32,000 nt of DNA from Microcystis aeruginosa NIES-843 (GTDB lineage: Bacteria > Cyanobacteriota > Cyanobacteriia > Cyanobacteriales > Microcystaceae). The stretch is from positions 420,001-452,000 of the forward strand of contig NC_010296.1 of assembly GCF_000010625.1 (NCBI RefSeq), written 5' to 3'. Within the stretch, counting starts at the first letter, position 1; the number at the start of each line of letters is the position of its first letter. Shown here piece by piece: positions 8,553 to 18,409 of the stretch. The translations under genes and the position numbers were made by a program. A model generated the notes under the pieces. It searched no databases. It was not told the DNA's origin and saw only the letters and a program-made list of their open reading frames with translations.

Positions 8553-9915
8553 TGGGACTTAAACAAATTTCAAGCCCAAACAAAGCCTAAACTGGCTTTG
8601 TAAGCGGCAAACACATCCCGATTCTCGGTCAGCCACTCAAAGAAACGGAAAGACATCGCTGTCCGAAAAGCTTCCAAGGCTTCCACAAAAGTGTTTAAAG
8701 GTCGATTCGCCCACTGCCTTTGCAATCCCCCAGTTAACTTATGCCACAGGATAAATGTATAGGCACAAAACACCAGGATAAAATGACGAAGTAAGCTTCG
8801 TTTATCCCTGACTTGGTATTCCCTTAACCCTAACCATCCTTTGGCTTCTCGGTAGAATACTTCCACCCAATTTCTTTCGGTGTAAGTCTTGACTATCCAC
8901 GACGCTGTTACTGTATCTGCCTCAACTACATTGGTGATGAAATAGTCCACCTCTGTGGCTTTTTCCATTGAACTTGCATTCATGACGATCGCCAAGTTCC
9001 TTTCTCCTTCTAGTTGAGATATTTTCGCTCTGAATACCGCTACCCAAACCGTTTTTTCTTTATCTAGATTTAGGGTGATTTTCTCCCAATCCTTTTCTGA
9101 TAGGCTTTTTGCTAGTTGCTCAAGCTGGATTGTTTCTTCCACACCCCCTTCTTTTTCAATAATTACTTTTCGATTTTTTGCCAATCCTCCTAAGTATTTT
9201 AGCTTTCTTTCTTCCAGGGCTTTGAGAAAATTTGTGTTGTTGCCATAACCAGCATCTATTAAGACGATTTTCGGTCGATAGCCTCTGGTTAAGCTCCGGT
9301 CAATTAAATCTATCGCTATCTCCGGTTTCTTCTTAAATTCTTTGTCTTCTTTCCCCTCGGCTAAGGAACTAGCCGGTTGATAAATTTCAATGTCTAGGGG
9401 GACACTTTTTTTGCCGTCGTAGAGATGGGTAGTGACGGCGACTATTCCGTTGTCTGTCTTGCCAATTTCTCCTAGGTACTGCCTGCCAACTCCGGCGGTC
9501 AGATTGCCACTTTTTCGATGTCCTGAGTCATCGACAATCAGGGAAAATCCTCGGGGGATTTGCGTCTGGCGGCATTGGTTCATCACTTGCAACCGACATT
9601 CATTCACCTGACGGTCTGACCAGGGAGATTCGGTCAAAAAGTGATGTAATCGGTTATAAACTACTCCGACGGCATTATTGGCCATTTGAGTGAGGTTTTT
9701 CCGCTCACTTTCCCCTAATAATCCTCCTAAATATTGTCTGAAGCCGTTTTTTTGCGCTTCGTTTTTGAAGCAATTGTCAAACCGCCGACACCATCGGTCA
9801 AAGCATGGGGGCATCGCGGCTGGGGTTGTCTCTTTCATCGCTGATCTTTCAACGTAAAGTGCTTACTCTTTAACGATTATACTCGATTTGATCTTTATTT
9901 GGCGTTTAAGTCCCA
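8553..9915 (-). mobile_element. IS701-like element copy B (1363 bp, intact), inserted into copy A
   Basis: Termini are TGGGACTTAAAC/GTTTAAGTCCCA. The 4-bp TSD CTAT lies at 8549-8552 and 9916-9919, and the empty site GCCTATACATTT is visible within copy B itself. Confidence 0.85.
8570..9838 (-). CDS. IS701-family DDE transposase (intact, 422 aa)
   Basis: Uninterrupted ORF. Motifs FRQYLGGLL...RKN, HHFLTESPW and DDSGHRKSG...GVGRQYLGEIGK are typical of the IS701 group. Confidence 0.75.
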   Translation of the reverse strand: MKETTPAAMPPCFDRWCRRFDNCFKNEAQKNGFRQYLGGLLGESERKNLTQMANNAVGVVYNRLHHFLTESPWSDRQVNECRLQVMNQCRQTQIPRGFSLIVDDSGHRKSGNLTAGVGRQYLGEIGKTDNGIVAVTTHLYDGKKSVPLDIEIYQPASSLAEGKEDKEFKKKPEIAIDLIDRSLTRGYRPKIVLIDAGYGNNTNFLKALEERKLKYLGGLAKNRKVIIEKEGGVEETIQLEQLAKSLSEKDWEKITLNLDKEKTVWVAVFRAKISQLEGERNLAIVMNASSMEKATEVDYFITNVVEADTVTASWIVKTYTERNWVEVFYREAKGWLGLREYQVRDKRSLLRHFILVFCAYTFILWHKLTGGLQRQWANRPLNTFVEALEAFRTAMSFRFFEWLTENRDVFAAYKASLGFVWA

Positions 9916-11375
9916 CTATACATTTATCCTGTGGCATAAGTTAACTGGGGGATTGCAAAGGCAGTGGGCGAATCGACCTTTAAACACTTTTGTGGAAGCC
10001 TTGGAAGCTTTTCGGACAGCGATGTCTTTCCGTTTCTTTGAGTGGCTGACCGAGAATCGGGATGTGTTTGCCGCTTACAAAGCCAGTTTAGGCTTTGTTT
10101 GGGCTTGAAATTTGTTTAAGTCCCACTATAAAGACCGAAAGAGCCTCCTCGCTTACGTTAAAAAAGTGCTGGACAATTTTGGAGGCGAGTATGTAATTAA
10201 TTTTGCCTAGGTACTTAATACAGTGAGTTCTTTTCTTCTTCGGTGAATTCTAGGTTAATCATGTTTTCAATGAGTGCTTTGCTTCTAATTATGACTCTTA
10301 AACTATATTATTGCGCCAATTCAAAAATGAAACGCATCAACCTCAAGAGTTGACAAAGAAAGGCTCATCAGGTACTGTCTGATCATTAACAAAAACAAAT
10401 CAGACCCAAAATGAGCCACCAACATCTTAACATAGAACAAAGAAACTTGCTCTACCAACTTAGTCAGGAGGGAAATTTATCTCAACGGCAAATGGCCGTC
10501 TGGCTCGGATGTCATCAAAGCACAATATCACGGGAATTAAAAAGGAATCAAAGTTCCCTTGGCTGCTATCTACCTGACACAGCACAAGCTCAAAGCGAGA
10601 CAAGGCGAAAAAATGCCAAACAACCCTTTAAAAATGTCAGCGAGTCAGCCTTAGAGTTGGTCAAAGAAGGATTGAAAGATTATCATAGTCCCGAACAAAT
10701 AGCAGGTCGTCTGAAAAGAGCCAGTCAAGAATCTCTCAGTCACGAAACCATCTATCAAATGATCTATCAGAACTATCACGGATGTGGAGAGTACCAGAAA
10801 TATTTACGCCGGGGGCTTTGTCAAAGAAAGAGTCGAGGCGGAGCAAAAAGTAAGCGTGGAGGGATTCCAGGGCGTGTAGATATCAGCGAGCGACCAGTAA
10901 TTGCTGACCAGAAAACTGAAATCGGTCATTGGGAAAGTGACACAATGATTGGAGGCAATCATCTAGGAGTTCTCGTTACTCATGTAGATAAAGCCTCGAA
11001 ATTTTTAGGAGCAGGATTAGCCAAAAACAAAACCGCATCGGAAATCAATAGAGTCACAGAAAAACTTTTTCAAGAGATTCACCCTGACAAAAGAAAAACC
11101 TTTACTTGTGACAACGGCAAAGAATTTTGTGGACATCAAGAGTTGAGTCAGAAACTAGGAGCAGATTTTTATTTTGCTACTCCTTATCATTCGTGGGAGA
11201 GGGGATTAAACGAGCATACCAAGGGACTGTTAAGACAATTTTTCCCCAAGGGAACGAATTTTAAAATCGTTAAGCCAGAGGAGGTGGAAAGAGCCGTAAA
11301 CTTGATTAACAATCGTCCTCGAAAATGTCTTGACTATCGTACCCCGAATGAGGTATTCTATAAAGGTAGATCAGA

Positions 11376-12593
11376 AGACCTCTTGCATAATTTTTTTATG
11401 GTATAATATAAGGTTTTGCTTTTTTCTCAATTCTTAGATTGAAGTGGAAAAAAGAATAAAATGTGATCTTAGGTCAGGAAATCATCTATAATTTTGCTAT
11501 GTTTATTAGCAAAATTATGGATTATCAAAACTGATCAGATGAACAATTCAAACGCCGTTTCGGTGTGTATAAACAAACCTATAGAAAGATGGTAGAATCA
11601 GTAAAAAGTGTTGAAGCCGACTCTAATTCACCATCTAAAAGGGGACCGAAACCTAAACTATCTATAGAAGAACAAGTTTTAGTAACGTTAGAATATTGGC
11701 GAGAATATAGAACATATTTTCACATTGGTACAAGCTGGGAACTATCAGAATCAACTATATGTCGGATTGTAAATAAGACGGAAAAAATGCTTTTACAATC
11801 GGGAAACTTCCGTTTAAAAGGAAAAAAAGCTTTACTCAATCAAGCAGAGATACCGGTCGTAACGGTAATGGATGTAACGGAAACTCCCATTGAACGCCCC
11901 AAAAAGAAACAGAAAGATTTTTTGGGGGGTAAAAGAGGTTATCATACTTTAAAATCCCAATTAGTAGCTGATCAAAATACCGAGGAAATTATCTGTGTCT
12001 TTTGTGGGAAAGGTAGAGGTCATGATTTTAGTTTATTTAAAAAAAGTCGAGTTCGTTTTCATCCTTTAACTACCAGCATAGAAGACAGTGGTTATCAGGG
12101 AATAGCTGCATACCATAGTAATAGTTATACACCGAAAAAGAAATCGAAAAATAGAAAATTAACAGAGTTAGAAAAAGAGTATAACAAGGCTTTAGCCAAA
12201 GAAAGGATTATCATTGAACCTATAAATAGGAAACTCAAAATCTTTAAAATCTTATCCTGTAAATATCGGAATCGTCGTCGAAGATATAGTTTAAGAGTTA
12301 ACTTGTTGGCGGCTATTTATAACGGTGAGTTAGGGATAGGTATAGCAGCTTCTTAAAAGTTGCCTAAAGATTAATCAAGTCAAGGAGAATTTATTCTCAA
12401 TTTTTATAATTGAGATAGTTTGTGCCGCTTAAATAAAGAGGTTTTGATAACCAAATTAAAGCATATCTAAAGAGTTTTGAGTTAAAAGTTAAACTTCAAG
12501 TTTTCATTCAGGACGAATGTACTGGTTAACTAATTTTTTGGGGAAAATTAGTTAACCCATCATTATAACATATAATTAATTTGCAAGAGTTCT
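11376..12593 (+). mobile_element. IS5-like (DDE_Tnp_4 / Harbinger-type) element
   Basis: TIR is AGACCTCTTGCA / TGCAAGAGTTCT. A possible 3-bp TSD AGA lies at 11373-11375 and 12594-12596. Confidence 0.6.
11517..12356 (+). pseudogene. IS5-family DDE_Tnp_4 transposase with an in-frame TGA at codon 6
   Basis: ATG at 11517 reads MDYQN, then TGA at 11532-11534, then SDEQFKRRFGV..., joining the ORF listed from 11565. The conserved N-terminal FKRRFGV motif lies upstream of the listed GTG start. Confidence 0.6.
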
Positions 12594-12921
12594 AGACAGT
12601 GATGCAATTCAGACTTGAATTGGCCTTGTCCTTGAGTAAAAAATGCAAGTTGTAGCCGTGCAAAGTATAGTAGGGGATATTCGTACCAATGCAGCCGGTT
12701 TAATCATTAATTCCCTTGATTTTGGCTTCGCTGCGGATGTTGCTCAAAATATCAATAACTTCGCCGATATTGGCAATGTCAACAGTCCCCTAGTTACCTC
12801 TAATTTCCCCCTATTCCGAAGCGGTACATTAGACAATACTAACGGATTAATTGATAACCTAAGCGGTGGTTCAGTTCCCCAAGCAAATCAAGGTAAAGCG
12901 ATTGGTATTAATCAATTAAAT

Positions 12922-14759
12922 CCAGCAATTCTCATTTTAAAAAGTAACAAGTGATACAGACAGAAACAAAGCTTTAAGCAAGCTACAAAATGCGCTCCCG
13001 CGAGTGCGACTGCATCGCAGAGAAGTGAGTATATAGAGTATTTATACTCAAAATATTTGAAAGATGGGAGAAATCTAGAACAAAAGTTCTCTACATCAGA
13101 AAGAGAACCAAATAAAAATTGATGATTGTTGTCTGTTGAGGTAAAATTATTAAGTTGGAAATATTAATTAATCAAACTGTTCTGCGATGACGAAAAAGGC
13201 TGTGACTTGAGAAATTCCTGAATTAATACAATTTTTAGTTCAAGAATTACATGACTTACCCGATGACAGAAAACCAGGAAACAATACCAAATATCAGGTA
13301 GAAGATGCAGTTAAGGCGGCTTTTTCGGTTTTTTTTACTCAGTCACCTTCTTTTTTAGAGCATCAACGTTTGATGAAAAGTAGTAAGGGAAAAGATAATG
13401 CTTCAAGTTTATTTGGTATCAAAAAAATACCTGGTGATAATCAAATCAGAAACCTGTTAGATCCTATCCCAGCTGCCACAATATTTGGCTCTTTTCAACA
13501 AGTCTATCAATGGTTAAAAAAACCGGGAGTTATTAAAAAATTTTTCTACTTAGATGAGGAAATTTTAATAGCTTTAGATGGTACGGAATATTTTTCTTCA
13601 AAGAAAATTAGTTGTCCCCATTGTAATTGCCGCAATCCTCGTAATGGAACGACAACTTATTTTCATGGTTGCGTCACGCCAATTGTGGTTTCTCCTGAGC
13701 AAAAACAAGTGATTAATTTAGAACCAGAATTTATTAAAAAACAAGATGGGCAGCAAAAACAAGATTGTGAAAATGCGGCTGTTAAAAGATGGTTAGATAA
13801 GAATCATCAAAAGAAGTATGGTTATCCTGTAACCCTGTTAGGAGATGACTTATACTCTCGCCAACCTATCTGTGAGTTAGCTCTAAAACAAGGTTATAAT
13901 TTTATTTTTGTTTGTCTTGAAACTTCTCATAAAACCTTATATGAATGGCGAGAATTTTTAGAAAAAAGTGGAGAAGTTAAAACCGTAGAAAAGAAACAAT
14001 GGGATGGACGAAAGAATCTCATTTATCGTTATCGTTATGTTTCTAGAGTTCCTCTGAGAGAGGTCGAGTCAAGTCTCGAAGTTAATTGGTGTGAAGTCAC
14101 GGTCATTAATGAAAAAACACAGAAAATTATCTATCAAAATAATTGGATTACCAATCATCAAATTACTGAAAATAATGTTGAAAAAATTGTCAAAGCTGGA
14201 CGCAGCAGATGGAAAGTTGAGAATGAAGGAAATAACGTTCTTAAAAATCACGGTTATAATTTAGAACATAATTTTGGTCATGGTCAAAGTCATTTATGCG
14301 AGTTCTTGTTGTCTTTAAATTTACTAGCTTTTTTATTTCATACCGTTTTAGATTTAGTTAATCATACTTATCAAAAGATTCGTGAGTTATTAGTTACTCG
14401 CACCAGTTTTTTTAATGATATTCGTACTTTATTAAAATATTTTTGGTTTAAGAATTGGTCAGAGTTTTTCTTGTTTATTCTTACCGAATATGTCCCGCTC
14501 AAAAAAATAAATTCTAGTTAAAAATGTCAATTTTTCGAGAGAAGGAAAGATTATTTTATTCATTGAAAAAACCACAAATTAGGTCAGAATTTCAGCTAAA
14601 TTTATGAGTTGAGATAAGTTTTTTATGGGCAGATATTTTAAAACTGTCTCTTGAAGCTAATTATGATGATTATCTTGAAAAAAAATGATAATTAGACAGA
14701 AGTTCTCTTGTTCACATAGAGAACTTTATCTTCTTTTGTTTTCAAAATGAGAATTGCTG
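12922..14759 (+). mobile_element. IS4-superfamily element (1838 bp)
   Basis: TIR is CAGCAATTCTCATTTT / CAAAATGAGAATTGCTG. A perfect 8-bp TSD AATTAAAT lies at 12914-12921 and 14760-14767. Confidence 0.85.
13187..14521 (+). pseudogene. IS4-like DDE transposase (possibly ISNCY-type) with an in-frame TGA at codon 8
   Basis: ATG at 13187 reads MTKKAVT, then TGA at 13208-13210, then EIPELIQFLVQELHDLPDDRKPGNNTKYQ..., continuous with the ORF listed from 13370. The C-terminus carries an RSRWKVENEGNNVLK (YREK-like) motif. Confidence 0.6.
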
Positions 14760-15913
14760 AATTAAATCGCTTTAGTCTGCTACGCTTTAATGTAGTCGGT
14801 ACACGGGACAACTCCAACCTAACCGTCACCTTTGATCCTTCCCAAATTGGTTTTGCTGATGGCACATTTGCTGATCCTAATGGTACTTTAAGCTTAACCC
14901 GTAACATCATTATCAATGATGCTCCCATCGTCGGTACTATTAATAACGTCAACCTCGCCGAAAGAAGCGCAGCAGGTACAGTAGTAGTAGCCGGTAACTT
15001 AGTCGAAGCAACCGATGATAATTACGGACAAACTCCCACCTTTAGCCTCAGTACCTCTCCTAAAGATGGGTCAGGAAATAACCTTTTTGCCATCAATGCA
15101 ACCACCGGAGAAATTACCCTCACTCAAGCAGGTTCTAATACCATTGACTATGAAAGTGGAGTAATATCCTATCAATTGGGAGTCAGAGCAACTGACGGTT
15201 ACAAAACCTCTGCGGAAAAGACATTTAACGTTAAGATTACTAACGTTAATGAAGGGACAATAGTCGTAGATAAAACTGCTGTTACCTTCGGGACAAAACT
15301 CTCCCAATACCGACAAGGTGCAACCGATAGCCTGTTTGTCCGTCCTAACTTTGCTGACAAAACCCAATACATTGATATTACTAATACCGCAGTGGGAACT
15401 AATGATGTACTCGCTATTGCTGGTATTACTATTAATGCACAAAATGTCACCACAGATGCCAATTTTGCCAATGGAGACATACTGCTAAACCCCGGACAAA
15501 CTCGACGTATTGCTTTAGCATATACACCCAAAGCAGCGCAAGAAAACTTCAATTTGGCTAACGGTTTAGTCATCAACAGTAATGCTCAAAACAATTCCGC
15601 TTTGAACATTCAACTAACAGGGAAATCAACCTTTAACAGTGATATTTCCTACGATGAACGGGTGAATTTAACCGACTTAACTACCTTACAACGTCCGGGG
15701 TTATTTGGTAGTAGCAGTGAACAAACTAACTATGACCCTACTGCTGATATTACCGGAGATGGAAGAATTAATCTTGCCGAATTAGTTCCCTTCAATTCCG
15801 AATTTGGATTAGTTGTTTAGATTAACTCTGTAGGTTGGGTTGACCCAAGAAAACCCAACAATTCAGATTAATTATGATGGCTTTTGATTAGGTTTGATGG
15901 GTTACGAATTGCG

Positions 15914-16132
15914 CTAAACCATCCTACAAAATAAAGGTTCAGGTAAGGAGTCATTATCTGCTTGATAAGCAATCATTAGGGATTCTATAGCTTCTTTTCC
16001 ATTAGCGACAGCTTCCTCATAAGTATCTCCATGAGTACGCCAATATTGCCACGGAAAATCAGGCAATGCAACCAAAAAACAATTGTCTTCATCAGACCAT
16101 TGAATCACCATGGGATATTTAATTTGTGCCAT
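15914..16132 (-). CDS. hicB: HicB-family antitoxin
   Basis: MAQIKYPMVIQWSDEDNCFLVALPDFPW...GDTYEEAVANGKEAIESL...LPEP matches the HicB/UPF0150 pattern. The start at 16132 was chosen over the upstream extension. Confidence 0.7.
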   Translation of the reverse strand: MAQIKYPMVIQWSDEDNCFLVALPDFPWQYWRTHGDTYEEAVANGKEAIESLMIAYQADNDSLPEPLFCRMV

Positions 16133-16498
16133 TTTCTTGATTCCTCTTACCTTCTTTTTCTTGATACAGCTTTGCATCGGCACTGTCTTTTCCAGAAACA
16201 GTAACTTTACCAGAGTACAGATGATGTACCCAGTTAGTGGGACTTAGACAAAAAACAAATCGAGAAAAGCCTCAACTCCAATCCCCGCTTGGGATTTACT
16301 TCGAGAAGCCCAAAATCGCTGAAACCCAGATATATCAAGGAAAATCATAAATCGAGGTTAACCCTTTGTCCCGTAATGGTTTGAGCCTTTTTTGCTGACC
16401 GAAAACGCCTAAGTCCCATTAGTGTGACTTCCCTTGCCAGGTTTTTGAATAAATGCTGCTTTGCGTAGCATTTGTTTTAACTCGCTAACTTTTTTAAC
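16119..16498 (-). pseudogene. hicA: HicA-like toxin gene split by MITE-C
   Basis: Removing 16238-16418 plus one TTAG gives ...KKVSELKQMLRKAAFIQKPGKGSHTNWVHHLYSGKVTVSGKDSADAK..., matching the HicA GSH and VTV.GK pattern. The stop overlaps the hicB start. The start codon is unclear (GTT after a stop). Confidence 0.5.
16238..16418 (-). mobile_element. MITE-C copy 1 (181 bp, IS701-like termini)
   Basis: TIR is TGGGACTTAG...CTAAGTCCCA. The 4-bp TSD TTAG lies at 16234-16237 and 16419-16422. It is the inverted counterpart of 31029-31209. Confidence 0.85.
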
Positions 16499-16514
16499 TC
16501 AGGAGAACTACATT

Positions 16515-17135
16515 ATGTCTAGTCTGACTACTCAATTCAACCTCAAAACTGATAATAGTGGCCTAGTGGGAACTATTATTAATAGTCCTCTCCGTGTAGG
16601 CGATAGATTTTTTGTAGAAATTTTAATGGAAAATAGTGATATTAATCCGGTCGGTATCACTAGCAGTGCCATTAATTTATCCTTCGATCCTCGCTCAATT
16701 CAAAACATCGACAATCCTTTCAATCCCTCAGATATCAATAGTCCTCTTGTTACCTCTAGTTTCCCCTTTGGACGCACGGGAATCTTAGACAATACCAATG
16801 GTTCAATTACTAACTTAGTCGGCGGTTCTTTACCATTTTTGGGCATTGGTTCACCTCTAGGAATTAATCAATTGGATACTTTTAGTTTATTGTATTTTCA
16901 AGTAATCGGCAATGGTAATTCTGGTCTGGTACTTAATATTGATTTATCTCAAACTGGTTTTAGCGATGGCAGTGTTGCCAGTTATTCTGGTAATCAAAGT
17001 CAGTTTATAAAAATAGTTCAAGTGGGTTCATCGACAGCTATTCCCGAACCTTCTACAATTTTGGCAATAGTAATATTAGGGTTAGGTGTATTGCTGTCTA
17101 AAAAGCGCAATCAAGACAGTAGTAATGATGGTTAA
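16515..17135 (+). CDS. cohesin-like domain protein with a PEP-CTERM anchor
   Basis: AGGAG lies upstream of the ATG at 16515. The C-terminus IPEPSTILAIVILGLGVLLSKKR is a PEP-CTERM motif followed by a TM helix and a basic tail. The N-terminal domain is paralogous to 12643-12921 and its continuation after the IS. Confidence 0.75.
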   Translation: MSSLTTQFNLKTDNSGLVGTIINSPLRVGDRFFVEILMENSDINPVGITSSAINLSFDPRSIQNIDNPFNPSDINSPLVTSSFPFGRTGILDNTNGSITNLVGGSLPFLGIGSPLGINQLDTFSLLYFQVIGNGNSGLVLNIDLSQTGFSDGSVASYSGNQSQFIKIVQVGSSTAIPEPSTILAIVILGLGVLLSKKRNQDSSNDG

Positions 17136-17138
17136 TTG

Positions 17139-17324
17139 GGTTCTTCGTTACTTGGTATGGTTCAATAGGGGGGCATAAATCGACTAAATCCTTATCTGGC
17201 AAGAGACTTAATTGATTAGTTCGCTCTAGATCGAAAACAATTGACATAAATCCCCGAATGTCTTTCTATATAAGAGTTTCATTCCTTGTAACCCTGTCCG
17301 TTGCATAAGACAAACCGAAGAACC
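17139..17324 (+). mobile_element. MITE-B copy 3
   Basis: The 8-bp TSD GTTAATTG lies at 17131-17138 and 17325-17332. The TSD includes the stop codon of the PEP-CTERM gene. Confidence 0.85.
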
Positions 17325-17380
17325 GTTAATTGATATTTTTAGGGGACGTGAGTGATGATGTTTACGTCCCTGATTGATAC

Positions 17381-17988
17381 TCAAAAAAACTGTAAGTTAG
17401 GATAGGCTAAAATTGCATTATCTTCAGTAGCCACTACTAAATTATGCTGTAAAGCTTGACAGATTAAAAGACGGTCAAAAGGATCTTTATGAAGGAGTGG
17501 TAAATCTTTTAAATGTACTAGGCTTTTTTCATCAATAACTAAACTGTTAATTAAATGCTGTTTTCTTTTTTTGGGAAGATATAGGTCAGGACGCTCAGGA
17601 AAATTTAATTTGCCTAACTGATACTTAATAACGCACTCCCAAACAGAGACTACACTCAAAAAAACTTCGTTATTGCTATTTTTTATCTGACGGCATATTT
17701 TTTCAGACAAGCGCGGATGATCACTAATTAGGGTTTGCTGAAAAAATTTTTCCTGGGGACAGGGTGTGGGGTGTAGGGTGTAGGGTGTAGGGTTTTACCC
17801 ATTTTCAGGGGGTCAATTACCTAATTTTCAGGGAAAAAGTGCCTAAATTTTCCCCCCCCGATCACCCCAATGTCTGGCACTTTTTGATGGGAAAAAAGTC
17901 TAAAAGTCTTACCCAACAAGGTTTTAAGATTTATTGAGCAAACACTAATTAACCAAAGAAAAATGTGTGTATCTAGTAACAATCTCAT
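17381..17988 (-). pseudogene. vapC: PIN-domain VapC toxin gene disrupted by MITE-A
   Basis: Removing 17731-17945 plus one TAATTA restores MRLLLDTHIFLWLISDHPRLSEKICRQ...VWECVIKYQLGKL. The ATG at 17988 overlaps the upstream antitoxin stop as ATGA. Confidence 0.8.
17731..17945 (+). mobile_element. MITE-A, intron-free reference copy (215 bp)
   Basis: Ends are GGGTTTGCTGAA...TTGAGCAAACAC. The 6-bp TSD TAATTA lies at 17725-17730 and 17946-17951. It contains 4 heptamer units at about 17762-17789. Confidence 0.8.
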
Positions 17989-18341
17989 TGTGGATAAAAC
18001 AAGTCTAAAACTTCTTCTGGTAAAGGTTCGTTGAAATCATCGGAGATGGTAAATTCTCCTCTAGCTAATCCTACCGGACGAGATCGATGAGATTGACTTA
18101 AAAATTGCCAAATTATCTTAATTTCATTTTCACTTAAAGGATTTGTATTGTCCATTTCTTGGTTATTTTTAACTAAAAATTGCCATTTTTGTAATGCTTT
18201 TTCTGTTAGGTAATTGTCGGATTTGTTTGCTGCCTCTTGATGAGTTAACTTATCAATAAATTGCCCAACTAAATTAAGATTGTCTGCGGACAAAATTGCT
18301 AACTTCTCAGTTAATAACTGGCGTAATTCTACATCGTTCAT
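17985..18341 (-). CDS. antitoxin-like protein paired with vapC
   Basis: 118-aa ORF overlapping the vapC start by 4 nt. Its C-terminus RPVGLARGEFTISDDFNEPLPEEVLDLF resembles the tails of cyanobacterial PIN-associated antitoxins. Confidence 0.55.
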   Translation of the reverse strand: MNDVELRQLLTEKLAILSADNLNLVGQFIDKLTHQEAANKSDNYLTEKALQKWQFLVKNNQEMDNTNPLSENEIKIIWQFLSQSHRSRPVGLARGEFTISDDFNEPLPEEVLDLFYPQ

Positions 18342-18409
18342 GATTTTTTAACTATTAACTAAACATCGATTGTAGTCCCCAAAAAGGATAGATACACCCA
18401 GGTTAATTC

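Larger units (their letters stand above)
1681..10108 (+). pseudogene. IS701-family DDE transposase of copy A, split into four pieces
   Basis: The pieces are 1681-1791, 7383-8099, 8287-8552 and 9916-10108. Together they reconstitute the 422-aa protein encoded intact at 8570-9838, with about 3 aa differences. Confidence 0.85.
1604..10125 (+). mobile_element. IS701-like element copy A (composite, carrying three nested insertions)
   Basis: Termini are TGGGACTTAAAC (1604) and GTTTAAGTCCCA (10125), the same as intact copy B. The interior is collinear with copy B apart from insertions at 1792-7382, 8100-8286 and 8553-9915. Confidence 0.85.
10411..12618 (+). pseudogene. IS30-family transposase, C-terminal codons displaced by the IS5-like insertion
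   Basis: Has an N-terminal HTH (LSQRQMAVWLGCHQSTISRELKRN) and a DDE core (WESDTM, DNGKEF). Removing 11376-12593 plus the 3-bp TSD continues the frame as ...YKGRSDSDAIQT, with the stop at 12616-12618. Confidence 0.75.
10315..12624 (+). mobile_element. IS30-family element carrying a nested IS5-like element
   Basis: Has imperfect terminal inverted repeats GCCAATTCAAAAATGAAACGCATCA (10315) and TGATGCAATTCAGACTTGAATTGGC (ending 12624). It is about 1.09 kb without the nested insert. No clear TSD was seen. Confidence 0.6.
12643..15820 (+). pseudogene. cohesin-like / cadherin-repeat / dockerin-like surface protein gene, split by an IS and probably 5'-truncated
   Basis: Parts 12643-12921 and 14760-15820 join in frame (...GINQLN|RFSLLRFNV...) once 12922-14759 and one TSD copy are removed. 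The N-terminal domain is paralogous to 16515-17135. The middle has NDAP and NVNE cadherin-type motifs. The C-terminus has two EF-hand-like dockerin segments, DISYDERVNLTDL and DITGDGRINLAEL. Confidence 0.65.

Noticed and set aside
10131-10314. Possible displaced 3' end of the PIN gene after IS copy A
   Set aside because: Joining 1603 directly to 10126 gives ...SDANIYKDRKSLLAYVKKVLDNFGGEYVINFA, which places an Asp at a plausible position for the fourth PIN acidic residue. This join requires no target duplication and conflicts with the 4-bp TSD seen for other copies, so it cannot be decided from sequence alone.
14692-15576. Minus-strand ORFs 14692-14952, 15071-15442 and 15199-15576
   Set aside because: They are antisense to the cadherin/dockerin-like gene, whose frame is supported by paralogy and domain motifs. 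Their sequences are low-complexity.
17341-17372. Hairpin GGGGACGT-N14-ACGTCCC between convergent genes as a terminator (a related copy at 519-548)
   Set aside because: The stem is only 7 bp, the loop is 14 nt and no U-tract follows. It recurs as a small repeat family, so it is more likely a REP-like element than a defined terminator.
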